Source: Lysobacterales bacterium (GTDB lineage Bacteria > Pseudomonadota > Gammaproteobacteria > Xanthomonadales > SZUA-5). From it: 64,000 nt of DNA. The notes beneath the pieces are model-generated. The model did not search any database. It was not told the DNA's origin and saw only the letters and a list, made by a program, of their open reading frames with translations. The position numbers were made by a program, and so were the translations under genes. The stretch is from assembly GCA_022844165.1 (NCBI GenBank), contig JALHMH010000015.1, forward strand, positions 32,001 through 96,000, given 5' to 3'. Positions 29,489 through 38,744 of this stretch are shown here, piece after piece (position 1 is the first letter of the stretch; each line of letters starts with the position of its first letter).

Positions 29489-30508
29489 ATGGCGCTGGAT
29501 CTCGATAAACTCGATCTGTCGGCAGTCGATTCACTAGTGACGCTCAAAGCCGAACAGGATCAGTTGGGCGAGCGCCTGAAAGCCATGGCGGCACGACGCG
29601 AGCAGGTATCGGCCGCTGTGTTTGCCCGCGTGCATGACGACTATCGGCAGCGCTTCGATGAGCTGGCGCAGCAGGCCACGCCTCTGAAGGTTGCCGCCGG
29701 CGTTGTCTATCGGGCATTGAAGGAAGAGCTTGAAAGCCTCGAAGCCGCCGTTGCGACAGCGGCGACGGATCGCGAAGAAATCGAGTTCCGCCACAGCCTT
29801 GGCGAATTCGACGCAGCGGGACTCAAAGAGCGGTTGGCGGTTGTCGAGAAGCGTTTGGGCGCGCAAGGCACCCGGCGCGAAGCTGCGATGGCTCTCAAAG
29901 CCCGCTTTCTGGCGGTCGTCAGCAGCGAAGCAGAACTCGATTGCGACGATGGCGACACGGCTCGCCTGACCGCGATGGCCGCGCCCGATGGTCATTCGGC
30001 GACGGTCATTGCAGTGCCGGTTGCGGCGCCTCAAGGCGACTACTCGGCGACCATTGTTGCGGCGCCCGTTGTTGCTCCGCCGCCGCCTCCTGCGGCGGTG
30101 GCAACGATGCCGAGCGTTACCCTGGCAGCCGGCGCACCCCCGGCGCAGACGCTGGCGTCTTCGGCGGCTGCTGGCAAGCCCCTTAAAGCACGCAATCCGG
30201 ATGCAACCGTGGTGTTCCGTCAGGGCCGGCTGGAGCCGCGCAACGGCGATGCTGGTTCAGTTGTGCAGACCTTGGGTCTAAAGCCAGTTAGCATCGGCGC
30301 GGATGGCGCTTGCGATGTACAGTTGGCCGTTGCTGGCGTCAGCAAAAAGCACGTTGAGATCAGCATGACGCGCGCCGGTTTTCAAGTGCGCGATGTAGCG
30401 GGTTCCAAGATTGTGAAAGTCAACGGTGAGACGATCAGCGAGAAGGTACTCGTTGACGGCGACACTCTCAGCGTGGGTTCCGCACAGTTCGGCTTCCGCT
30501 TGATGTAG
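29489..30508 (+). CDS. Coiled-coil protein with Pro/Ala linker and degenerate C-terminal FHA domain
   Basis: RBS gaggagg; long helical N-terminus; 'IGADGACDVQL...VSKKHVEI...VNG...DGDTLSVG'. Confidence 0.8.
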   Translation: MALDLDKLDLSAVDSLVTLKAEQDQLGERLKAMAARREQVSAAVFARVHDDYRQRFDELAQQATPLKVAAGVVYRALKEELESLEAAVATAATDREEIEFRHSLGEFDAAGLKERLAVVEKRLGAQGTRREAAMALKARFLAVVSSEAELDCDDGDTARLTAMAAPDGHSATVIAVPVAAPQGDYSATIVAAPVVAPPPPPAAVATMPSVTLAAGAPPAQTLASSAAAGKPLKARNPDATVVFRQGRLEPRNGDAGSVVQTLGLKPVSIGADGACDVQLAVAGVSKKHVEISMTRAGFQVRDVAGSKIVKVNGETISEKVLVDGDTLSVGSAQFGFRLM

Positions 30509-30543
30509 CGTTGCGGCCTGGAATTCGATCCTCAGAGGACATC

Positions 30544-31086
30544 ATGGCGCTTGAGATAGGCAACGAAACGATCAGCGACTTTAGAGTGTTGCGGTTGAAG
30601 GGCCGACTCGATACCGAGACCAGTGCTGACTTCGAATTGGCCGCGCATGATCTTACCGAGGCTGGCGACAAGCGCTTTATCGTGGATCTGTCGGAGATCA
30701 GCTACGTCAGTTCCGCCGGATTGCGCGTGCTGTTGGCGCTCGCGAAACAGACGGACGACACCTCAGGTGGTGTGTTGCGGTTATCTGGAATGAGCAGCAC
30801 GGTCAGGCAAGTATTTGATCTTTCGGGTTTTTCGAAACTCTTTCACATCGCTCCCGATCTGGATGCGGCGCTTCGCGGCGATGTTGCGGCGGCCACACCG
30901 TCGTCGCCGTCAGCAAAGGTCTCACGCACCGCAGCCGACTTGCTCGGCGCCAGCGGCGGCGGTCCATCCAGACCCGCGCCGCGGTCGGCCGACGTAGGCC
31001 GCCAGGCAGGTAGTCTGCTAGGGGCGCCTGCTGCTCCAAAGCGCAGCCTGTGGGCGCGAATTTTGGGTTGGTTCAAGGGCCAGTAG
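30544..31086 (+). CDS. STAS domain anti-sigma factor antagonist with C-terminal extension
   Basis: 'LKGRLD', 'YVSSAGLRVLL' (phosphorylatable Ser), 'VFDLSGF'. Confidence 0.9.
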   Translation: MALEIGNETISDFRVLRLKGRLDTETSADFELAAHDLTEAGDKRFIVDLSEISYVSSAGLRVLLALAKQTDDTSGGVLRLSGMSSTVRQVFDLSGFSKLFHIAPDLDAALRGDVAAATPSSPSAKVSRTAADLLGASGGGPSRPAPRSADVGRQAGSLLGAPAAPKRSLWARILGWFKGQ

Positions 31087-31243
31087 CCCGGATCTTTTTG
31101 ACTATCGACCAGCAGGCAGTTGAGACGCTGCCTGCTGGTGCGAAGCAGGGATGGTTCGCTCATGGATCGAGCACGCATGTGGTTGATCCATAGAGAGAGC
31201 GAGTACCGACACGCGTTTTTCAACAACTTTTCAGGAGAAGTTT

Positions 31244-31723
31244 ATGGCGATTCAAGTCGGCGACCGTTTGCCCTCAGGCACGCTTGCTTATCTCAAAGAC
31301 GGCGTGCAACACATCAGCACCGATGACTTGTTTGCCGGCAAGATGGTCGTGATGTTCGCCGTCCCCGGAGCTTTCACGCCCACTTGTTCGGCCCGGCATT
31401 TGCCCGGCTATGTCGACAAACTGGAGGAACTCAAAGCCAAGGGCGTCGATTCAATCGTATGCCTCTCGGTCAACGATGCCTTCGTGATGGATGCGTGGCG
31501 CAAGAGTCAGTCTATTCCTGACGATGTGCAAATGTTTGCGGATGGCAATGCTGTTTACGCCAAGGCGCTGGGCCTGGAGCTCGATGCCAGTAAATTTGGC
31601 ATGGGTACTCGTAGCCAGCGCTTTGCGCTGGTCGCTAAAGATGGCGTTGTGACGCAAATGTTCGTTGAGGCGCCGGGCGAGTTCAAGGTGTCGAGCGCCG
31701 AGCATGTATTGAGCGCACTCTAA
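31244..31723 (+). CDS. Peroxiredoxin (type II / Prx5)
   Basis: 'PGAFTPTCSARHLPG', 'VNDAFVM'. Confidence 0.95.
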   Translation: MAIQVGDRLPSGTLAYLKDGVQHISTDDLFAGKMVVMFAVPGAFTPTCSARHLPGYVDKLEELKAKGVDSIVCLSVNDAFVMDAWRKSQSIPDDVQMFADGNAVYAKALGLELDASKFGMGTRSQRFALVAKDGVVTQMFVEAPGEFKVSSAEHVLSAL

Positions 31724-31726
31724 CCC

Positions 31727-32704
31727 ATGCACGCGGTCGCGCTGAAGCGATTTCCGGTGGGCGTGCCGTGTGCGGAAGATTTTGTCATTGTCGCAAACGA
31801 TGTGCCGTCCGGCGACGCAGGTGCGCGGCTCCGTGTGCGTTACTTGTCGCTCGATCCTTACCTGCGTGGCGTCATGAGTGGTCGCCACATGGGTCACTCC
31901 ATGGCGCTCGGCGATGTCGTGCCGGGTGGTGGCGTTGCGGAAGTGATCGACTCGACAACGCCAGAGTTCGTTCGAGGTGAGTTTGTACAAGGCGAGACGG
32001 GCTGGCGCGAGGAAGCCTTCTTGCCAGCGGATCGGCTGCGTAAGTTGCCGCCCGATGTCCCGCCGAGTACCGCGCTGGGAGTGCTCGGAATGCCGGGGCT
32101 GACGGCCTTTGCGGGCGTGAGGGACATTTTGCAGCCACGCGAAGGCGAGACGGTGGTGGTCTCGGCTGCGTTAGGGCCTGTCGGAAGCACTGCAGCTCAG
32201 CTGGCGCAGCGCGCTGGCGCACGCGTGGTCGGGATCGCAGGCGGTGCGAAGAAGTGTGCGATGGCTCTTAAGTTCCTGGGTTACGATGCCTGCGTCGACT
32301 ATCACCGCGACGACTTTGGTCCAGCGCTCCAGCTCGCTTGTCCGAATCGCATCGATTGTTACTTCGACAATGTCGGCGGACGTGTGCTGGAAACAGTGCT
32401 TCAGCATCTAAACCTTCGCGCTCGAGTGGTACTGTGCGGATTGATGGATCAATACAATAAGTCGGAACGGCCACCGGGCCCGAATCTGGGTCCGGTCATT
32501 GCGGCGCGAGCAACGCTGACCGGGCTCGTGGTCTACGATCACTTCGCACGGCTTCCGGCCATGCTGGACGAACTCGTGCCGTTGGTACGAAGTGGTCGAC
32601 TCAAATACCTCGAAGACGTTGCATACGGCATTCAGGCCACGCCGGATGCATTTGCCAGGTTGATGCGTGGCGAGAATATTGGCAAGGCCATCGTAGCGCT
32701 GTAA
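31727..32704 (+). CDS. NADP-dependent oxidoreductase (CurA/prostaglandin reductase-like MDR)
   Basis: 'SLDPYLRG', 'LGVLGMPGLTA', 'YFDNVGG', 'GENIGK'. Confidence 0.92.
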   Translation: MHAVALKRFPVGVPCAEDFVIVANDVPSGDAGARLRVRYLSLDPYLRGVMSGRHMGHSMALGDVVPGGGVAEVIDSTTPEFVRGEFVQGETGWREEAFLPADRLRKLPPDVPPSTALGVLGMPGLTAFAGVRDILQPREGETVVVSAALGPVGSTAAQLAQRAGARVVGIAGGAKKCAMALKFLGYDACVDYHRDDFGPALQLACPNRIDCYFDNVGGRVLETVLQHLNLRARVVLCGLMDQYNKSERPPGPNLGPVIAARATLTGLVVYDHFARLPAMLDELVPLVRSGRLKYLEDVAYGIQATPDAFARLMRGENIGKAIVAL

Positions 32705-32710
32705 GCCGGG

Positions 32711-32970
32711 TTTGTTGGCGATGCAGACACCAGAGTCCATAACGGAGCCGGATCTGTACATTTGAGTCAAGTTTTCTGCGGAGCGGCTTTGGCTTTTGCG
32801 GCCCCTTGAGTCAAGGGGTGAGACTCGGCGCTGACTCGCCACAGGCGTGTGCCGAGTCGAACGCCCGGCGGCTGCGCCGCTGGGCCGGAAACGCGAAGCG
32901 CGGGGTTGTGGCGAGTACGCTGACGAACGAAGCCAGCAATGCTCGGCGGTCTGAGGCGAAGCCTCGCCAG
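32711..32970. repeat. Dispersed multi-hairpin repeat, copy 2
   Basis: Shares tgagtcaagtttt...gcggggttgtggcgagtacgctg...gaagccagcaatgctcg.cggtctgaggcgaagcctcg with copy 1. Confidence 0.85.
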
Positions 32971-33159
32971 AACTATCCTCAGTGGGAATCGGGTGCCATG
33001 GTGGTTGGGTAGAGCAACGAAGCTCCGGCCAGCGAAGCTCTTGCACAAAAGCGACCGGGAACGGGCAAGTACCTGTATTCGAATAAACACTCCTTTCAAG
33101 CTGGCGATGGCCCGCCTATGCTGCGGCGCGTCAAGCTGGCTTTCACAAGGAAGATTGCG

Positions 33160-34242
33160 GTGAGTCGAGCGTTCAATTTCAGCGCAGGTCCAGGCGCGTT
33201 GCCGAAACCGGTTTTGCAGCAGGCCCAGAGCGAAATGCTCGAGTGGCAGGGCGCTCGCGCCTCGGTGATGGAGATTTCCCACCGCGATAAGCTTTTTGTG
33301 CAGTTGGCCGAACGCGCCGAGGCTTCGTTGCGCGACATTTTGGGCATACCAGCCAACTACAAGGTGCTGTTCCTGCAGGGCGGAGCAACCACGCAATTTG
33401 CGCTGCTGCCGATGAACTTTGCGGCGCCCGATCAAGCCGCTGACTACGTGCTGACTGGCCATTGGGGCGAAAAGGCGCAGAAAGAAGCCAAAGCGGTGTG
33501 CGTATCGAAGATTGCCGCCACGAGCGAGGCGAGCAACTACACCACCGTCGCGCCGGTCAGCGACTGGAGCTTGAGCGCAAACGCAGCGTACTTGCACGTG
33601 ACGCCCAATGAGACCATTCACGGTGTCGAGTACTACGATTTGCCGGCACAGAGCGCGCCGGTGATCGCGGATGTGTCGAGCACGCTGCTGTCGCGTCCGC
33701 TCGACGTCTCGCGATACGGCGTACTGTATGCCGGGGCGCAAAAAAATATCGGCCCGTCCGGTATCACGGTGCTGATTGTTCGCGACGATCTGCTGGAGCG
33801 CAAGCCGCGCGTCGTGCCGCAGATCCTCAGCTACAAGGCGCACGCCGACAACGCCTCGATGTTGAATACGCCGCCGACCTTCGCCTGGTACATCTCCGCG
33901 CTGGTGTTCGACTGGGTCAAGGCCGAGGGCGGTTTGAGCGCCATCGGCGCGCGCAACGAGCGCAAAGCACAAACGCTGTATCAGTTGATCGACGGCTCCG
34001 GCGGCTTCTATACGAATCCCGTCGATGCGCGCTATCGCTCCTGGATGAACGTGCCGTTCGTGCTTAAAGACAGCAGTCTGGACGCCGCATTCCTGAAGGG
34101 CGCCGAAGCGAAGGGGTTGCTCGGACTCAAGGGTCACCGCGCCGTTGGTGGAATGCGCGCCAGTATCTACAACGCGGTACCCGAAGCCGGCGTGCAAGCG
34201 TTGGCTGGATACATGCGTGAATTCATGCGGGTGAATGGTTAG
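33160..34242 (+). CDS. serC: Phosphoserine aminotransferase
   Basis: 'FNFSAGP', 'SVMEISHR', 'AGAQKNIGP', 'KGHRAVGGMRASIYN'. Confidence 0.98.
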   Translation: MSRAFNFSAGPGALPKPVLQQAQSEMLEWQGARASVMEISHRDKLFVQLAERAEASLRDILGIPANYKVLFLQGGATTQFALLPMNFAAPDQAADYVLTGHWGEKAQKEAKAVCVSKIAATSEASNYTTVAPVSDWSLSANAAYLHVTPNETIHGVEYYDLPAQSAPVIADVSSTLLSRPLDVSRYGVLYAGAQKNIGPSGITVLIVRDDLLERKPRVVPQILSYKAHADNASMLNTPPTFAWYISALVFDWVKAEGGLSAIGARNERKAQTLYQLIDGSGGFYTNPVDARYRSWMNVPFVLKDSSLDAAFLKGAEAKGLLGLKGHRAVGGMRASIYNAVPEAGVQALAGYMREFMRVNG

Positions 34243-34419
34243 AAACGTGGGGCGATAGGCGCTGGCACAGGCGCGGGACAGGCTCCGGTCAGCGACAGTC
34301 AAAACGCCTATATCTGCCCGATCAGCGTTTCCAGATGCGAAGCCGAGATTTCCGACACTTGCCTCGCGCCAATCGAGTTTATGTAGCGAAAAACTTCTCA
34401 AGCGAATTCAGCCTCTGCC

Positions 34420-35583
34420 ATGCTCAAGATCAAGACCTACAATAAAATTTCCACCAGCGGCACCTCGCGTTTGCCGGCGCAGCGTTATGAGATCGGCGAC
34501 AAAGTCGATGCGCCAGACGCAATTCTGGTGCGTTCGGCGGACTTGCATACCATTGCGATCAATCCTGAGCTCAAGGCCGTCGCACGCGCCGGGGCAGGCA
34601 CGAACAACGTGCCGGTGGTCGAGCTCAGCAAACGCGGCATTGTTGTGTTCAATGCACCGGGCGCCAATGCGAACGCAGTAAAGGAACTGGTTCTCGCAGG
34701 CATGCTGATGGCGGTGCGCAATCTGCGCGAAGCCACGGAATTCGTGCGTGGCCTCGATGCCAACGATCCAGAACTTGAGCACAAGGTCGAGGACGGCAAG
34801 AAGCGCTTCGTCGGCAGCGAGGTCGTGGGCCGCACACTCGGCGTCGTTGGCCTGGGTGCAATCGGTGTGCGCGTGGCGAACGCTGCCAAGGGCATCGGCA
34901 TGAACGTGATCGGCTTCGATCCGCACATGACCGTCGATGGCGCCTGGCAGTTGTCGAGCGATGTGGCCAAGGCCGGTAGTTTGAGCGAGATCCTGGCAGC
35001 CTCGGATTTCGTTTCGCTGCACTTGCCGCTCAATGCCGGCACCAAAGGCAGCATCAATGCGACCACCCTGGGTGGCGCCAAACAAGGGCTTGTGCTGTTG
35101 AACTTCGCGCGCGAAGGCGTCGTCGATGAGGACGCCGTGATCGCCGCGTTGGACAGCGGGCATCTGTCGCACTACGTGACCGATTTCCCGACGTCGCGCA
35201 CGGTGGCGCACGGCAAGGTCGTGTCGTTCCCGCACTTGGGCGCATCAACCAACGAGGCTGAGGAGAACTGCGCGATCATGGTCGCCGATCAGCTGCGCGA
35301 CTATTTGGAAAACGGCAACGTCAACAATTCGGTGAATTTCCCGAGCATGCGCCTGGCGCGTGCCGGTGCGCAGCGCCTGACAGTGGCCAACCGCAATGTC
35401 CCGAACATGATCGGTCAACTTTCGCACGTTCTCGGCGAGGCCGGCGCCAACATCGCGCAGATGCTCAACGCTTCGCGCGGCGAACTGGCCTACAACATCC
35501 TCGATCTCGATCAGCCGATCGGTGCGGATGTAGTGGAAAAGGTCAAGGGTATCGATGGGATTTTGGCGGTGCGGGTGATTTGA
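34420..35583 (+). CDS. serA: D-3-phosphoglycerate dehydrogenase with C-terminal ACT domain
   Basis: 'RAGAGTNN', 'PGANANAVKELV', 'GLGAIG', 'PHLGAST'. Confidence 0.9.
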   Translation: MLKIKTYNKISTSGTSRLPAQRYEIGDKVDAPDAILVRSADLHTIAINPELKAVARAGAGTNNVPVVELSKRGIVVFNAPGANANAVKELVLAGMLMAVRNLREATEFVRGLDANDPELEHKVEDGKKRFVGSEVVGRTLGVVGLGAIGVRVANAAKGIGMNVIGFDPHMTVDGAWQLSSDVAKAGSLSEILAASDFVSLHLPLNAGTKGSINATTLGGAKQGLVLLNFAREGVVDEDAVIAALDSGHLSHYVTDFPTSRTVAHGKVVSFPHLGASTNEAEENCAIMVADQLRDYLENGNVNNSVNFPSMRLARAGAQRLTVANRNVPNMIGQLSHVLGEAGANIAQMLNASRGELAYNILDLDQPIGADVVEKVKGIDGILAVRVI

Positions 35584-35657
35584 AGCTGTTTTCGACGCAA
35601 TACCATCCCGACGTGAGTTTAGATCGCTCTTGAGCAATTCCGGTTTCTGTCTGGTAG

Positions 35658-35684
35658 TGTGTAAGAAACGGAGATTCGTACACA
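35658..35684. promoter_or_regulatory. Inverted repeat; probable vapBC autoregulatory operator
   Basis: tgtgtaagaa ... ttcgtacaca (one mismatch) abutting the vapB start. Confidence 0.55.
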
Positions 35685-35878
35685 TGAGAACCAACATCGA
35701 CATCGATGATGAACTGATGGAAGAAGCGATGCGTCGAACAGGCGCTTCTACCAAGAAGGCGGCGGTTGAGATGGGGCTGCGGATGCTCTTGCAGGTCAGT
35801 CGACAACTCGATATCCGGAAACTTCGCGGGCAGGTTCAGTGGCAAGGCGATCTTGAGAAAATGAGGCTTGATCATTGA
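35684..35878 (+). CDS. vapB: VapB family antitoxin
   Basis: 'MRTNIDIDDELMEEAMR...WQGDLEKMR'. Confidence 0.9.
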   Translation: MRTNIDIDDELMEEAMRRTGASTKKAAVEMGLRMLLQVSRQLDIRKLRGQVQWQGDLEKMRLDH

Positions 35879-36270
35879 TCTTGGTCGATAGCAGTGTCTG
35901 GATCGATTACTTGCGTGGCAACGCCACGGCGCCAGTGGAGAAGCTCGAATCTCTGCTGGGGATTGCGCCGCTCGCTGTTGGTGATCTCATTCTTGCGGAG
36001 GTCTTGCAGGGATGCGGGAGCGAGAAAGAGTTCGACAGTGTTCGAACGTTGCTGTTTGGACTGGTTGTTGTGGACTTATGTGGTGCGGAACTTGCTGTCC
36101 AAAGCGCTCGGCATTTCCGGACGCTACGGCAGCACGGCATTACAGTCCGCAAGACCATCGATTGCATCATCGCCACGCGTTGTGTCGTCGACGACTTGGA
36201 GTTGCTTCACGATGATCGCGACTTCGATGCTTACGAAAAGCACTTAGGTTTGCGCTGCGTAGCATGTTGA
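35875..36270 (+). CDS. vapC: VapC PIN-domain toxin
   Basis: 'ILVDSSVWIDY', 'EVLQG', 'TIDCIIA', 'DRDF'. Confidence 0.93.
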   Translation: MILVDSSVWIDYLRGNATAPVEKLESLLGIAPLAVGDLILAEVLQGCGSEKEFDSVRTLLFGLVVVDLCGAELAVQSARHFRTLRQHGITVRKTIDCIIATRCVVDDLELLHDDRDFDAYEKHLGLRCVAC

Positions 36271-36289
36271 ACTGAAAGCGAGGCCGACG

Positions 36290-37393
36290 GTGGCGAAAAA
36301 AACTGATCCAGACGTCAGGCTCAGCCTCCCGGACCTCCGCCAGCGCATCGACGCTGTCGATCGGCAAATCCAGGAGCTGATCGCTGAGCGCGCGGGTTAC
36401 GCGCGGCAGGTAGGCGTCGCCAAAGGGCCGCTCAAAGCCGCGATCGACTACTACAAACCGGAGCGTGAGGCGCAGGTGTTGCGCGGTGTGGTCGATCGCA
36501 ACCAGGGTCCGCTGTCGAACGAAGAGCTGCACCGCGTGTTTCGCGAGATCATGTCGGCGTGTCTGGCGCAGCAGAATCCGCTGAAGATCGCGTACCTCGG
36601 ACCTGAGGGTACTTTCAGTCAGACCGCGGTGCAAAAGCACTTTGGGCATTCGGTGATCGCCATACCGATGGCGAGCATCGAGGAAGTCTTCGCCGAAGTG
36701 GAATCGAGCGACGCCGATTTTGGTGTGGTGCCGGTGGAAAACTCCACCGAGGGCGCCGTGCATCACACCTTCGATATGTTCTACACCACGCCACTGAAAA
36801 TCTGCGGCGAAATCGAGCTGCGCGTGCATCAAAACCTGATGTCGCGGGCGACGGATCTGGCGCACATCGAACGCGTGTACTCGCACGCGCAGTCCTTGGC
36901 GCAGTGCAAGGGTTGGTTGCGCCGGCATCTGCCGAAGGCAGAGCGCATCCCGGTCAGCAGCAATGCCGAAGCGGCGCGGCGCGCGCGCAATGCCGACGAT
37001 GCAGCGGCGATTGCCGGCTTGGCCGCGGCGCAGGTGTATGGCCTCAAGATTCTGGCGCCGAACATTGAGGATCGGCCAGACAACACGACGCGCTTCTTTG
37101 TGCTTGGGCGCGAGCTGTTTCCGCCCTCGGGCCACGACAAGACTTCGCTGCTGCTGGCCGTCAAGGATCAGCCCGGCGCACTGTATTCGCTGCTGACGCC
37201 GCTCGCCAAACATGGCATCAGCATGACGCGTATCGAATCGCGCCCGGCGCGCGGCGCGAAGTGGGAGTACGTATTTTTCGTCGACGTCGAGGGCCATGTC
37301 GATTCCGGCGCGCTGAAAGCAGCGCTGAACGATCTGGGTCCCGTGGCGGCGCAGTTGAAAGTGCTGGGGGCGTATCCGGCGGCGATCGTATGA
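36290..37393 (+). CDS. pheA: Chorismate mutase/prephenate dehydratase
   Basis: 'LRQRIDAVD', 'YLGPEGTFS', 'PVENSTEG', 'NTTRF', 'IESRP'. Confidence 0.97.
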   Translation: MAKKTDPDVRLSLPDLRQRIDAVDRQIQELIAERAGYARQVGVAKGPLKAAIDYYKPEREAQVLRGVVDRNQGPLSNEELHRVFREIMSACLAQQNPLKIAYLGPEGTFSQTAVQKHFGHSVIAIPMASIEEVFAEVESSDADFGVVPVENSTEGAVHHTFDMFYTTPLKICGEIELRVHQNLMSRATDLAHIERVYSHAQSLAQCKGWLRRHLPKAERIPVSSNAEAARRARNADDAAAIAGLAAAQVYGLKILAPNIEDRPDNTTRFFVLGRELFPPSGHDKTSLLLAVKDQPGALYSLLTPLAKHGISMTRIESRPARGAKWEYVFFVDVEGHVDSGALKAALNDLGPVAAQLKVLGAYPAAIV

Positions 37394-37623
37394 ATGCCGC
37401 GCATTTCACAGCGGCTATGTTCCGTGATGGTCGCTGGTGGTACGGTTGGGTTAGCGAGGTGCCGGGCGTCAATTGTCAGGAGCAGTCGAAGAAAAAGCGG
37501 ATCGAATCAATGCGCTCGGTGCCGGCCCAGGCCCTTGAGTTTTGTTCGATTGACGGCCAGCTTTCCATCCTCACCCAAGCCACTCCCGTCCGAGTGGGAA
37601 CAGACGTCGCTCTTAGAACATGA
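37390..37623 (+). pseudogene. Orphan, probably degenerate HicB-family antitoxin
   Basis: 'FTAAMFRDGRWWYGWVSEVPGVNCQE' matches the HicB N-terminal pattern; ATGA overlaps with pheA and hisC; no hicA nearby. Confidence 0.65.
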
Positions 37624-38744
37624 ACATCGAACAACTCGCCGCTCCCGGCGTGCGAAAACTGACGGCCTACGACCCCGGTTACGATCCGGAGACCATTCGA
37701 CAGATGCTCGGCTTGCCGTGCATGGTGGAACTGGGTTCCAACGAGAACGGCTATGGGCCGAGCCCCAGTGTTCGCGAGGCGCTCAAGTCCTGCGATTTTG
37801 CCGATTTGATTCGCTACCCAGACGCTGGCGCGCGGCGCTTGCGCGAGGCGATTGCGCAACGTTGGAACGTCGATCCCGCTGCCATCACTTTGGGCAACGG
37901 TTCGCACGAACTGCTGGTGCTGATCGCCGAGACCTTTGTCGCCCCGGGTGATGAGGTCGTGTTCAGTCAACATGGTTTCGCCGTGTTCAAGCTTGCCGCG
38001 ATCGGTAGTGGCGGCACTCCTGTGGAAGTCGCGGCGCTGCCGCGCAGCGGCGAGCAGCCACTCGGTGCGGATCCGGCCGGTTTTGCGCGCGCGTTGAGTC
38101 CGAATACCAAACTCGTCTATCTGGCGAATCCCAACAACCCGACAGGCACCTGGTGGCGGCGCGAAGTGTTGGCGGATTTTCTCGCGCGTGTGCCGCACTC
38201 TGCGTTGGTTGTGATTGATGAGGCGTATCGCGAATATGTCGACGAGGATGAGGTGCCCGATGCACTCAGTTTGACCGGCCTGCATCCGCATCTGATTGTC
38301 ACGCGCACGTTCTCCAAAGCGCATGGTCTGGCGTCGTTGCGCATTGGCTATGCGATCAGTTCGCCGCGTCTGGCGGCGGTGCTCGAGCGCACGCGACTGA
38401 CGTTCAACGTCAATTTGTACGCGCAGCTTGCCGCCCGATTTGCCATGAACGATGTAGCCCATGTCGAGCGCGTGCGCCATGGAAACGCTACTGAGCGGAA
38501 CTGGCTTGCCCAGCAGCTGCGTGCGCTTGGGCTGTTTGTATTTCCCTCGCAAGGAAACTTTGTGTTGGTCGATTTCCAGCGCCCAGCCAAACCGATTGAA
38601 GACGCGATGCTGAAACGCGGCGTCATCCTGCGGCCGATGGGTGGTTACGGTCTGCCGACCTGTTTGCGCGTAACCGTGGGTCTGCGCGACGAGAGTCAGG
38701 CGCTGCTGTTGGCGTTGCGCGAAGTGCTGGCGGAGTGGGCATGA
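37620..38744 (+). CDS. hisC: Histidinol-phosphate aminotransferase
   Basis: 'LGSNEN', 'NPNNPTG', 'DEAY', 'RTFSKAHGLASLRIGY'. Confidence 0.95.
   Translation: MNIEQLAAPGVRKLTAYDPGYDPETIRQMLGLPCMVELGSNENGYGPSPSVREALKSCDFADLIRYPDAGARRLREAIAQRWNVDPAAITLGNGSHELLVLIAETFVAPGDEVVFSQHGFAVFKLAAIGSGGTPVEVAALPRSGEQPLGADPAGFARALSPNTKLVYLANPNNPTGTWWRREVLADFLARVPHSALVVIDEAYREYVDEDEVPDALSLTGLHPHLIVTRTFSKAHGLASLRIGYAISSPRLAAVLERTRLTFNVNLYAQLAARFAMNDVAHVERVRHGNATERNWLAQQLRALGLFVFPSQGNFVLVDFQRPAKPIEDAMLKRGVILRPMGGYGLPTCLRVTVGLRDESQALLLALREVLAEWA

Noticed and set aside
32971-33159. Possible riboswitch or leader upstream of serC
   Set aside because: No recognisable aptamer consensus or terminator.
32767-34401. 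Long antisense ORFs (also 11681-12967, 37476-38756, 38696-39913, 41696-43102, 51175-52560)
   Set aside because: Shadow frames opposite well-supported genes in GC-rich DNA, with no recognisable motifs.
35584-36290. vapBC as an integron cassette
   Set aside because: No attC-like RYYYAAC...GTTRRRY structure found, and no integron integrase in the window.
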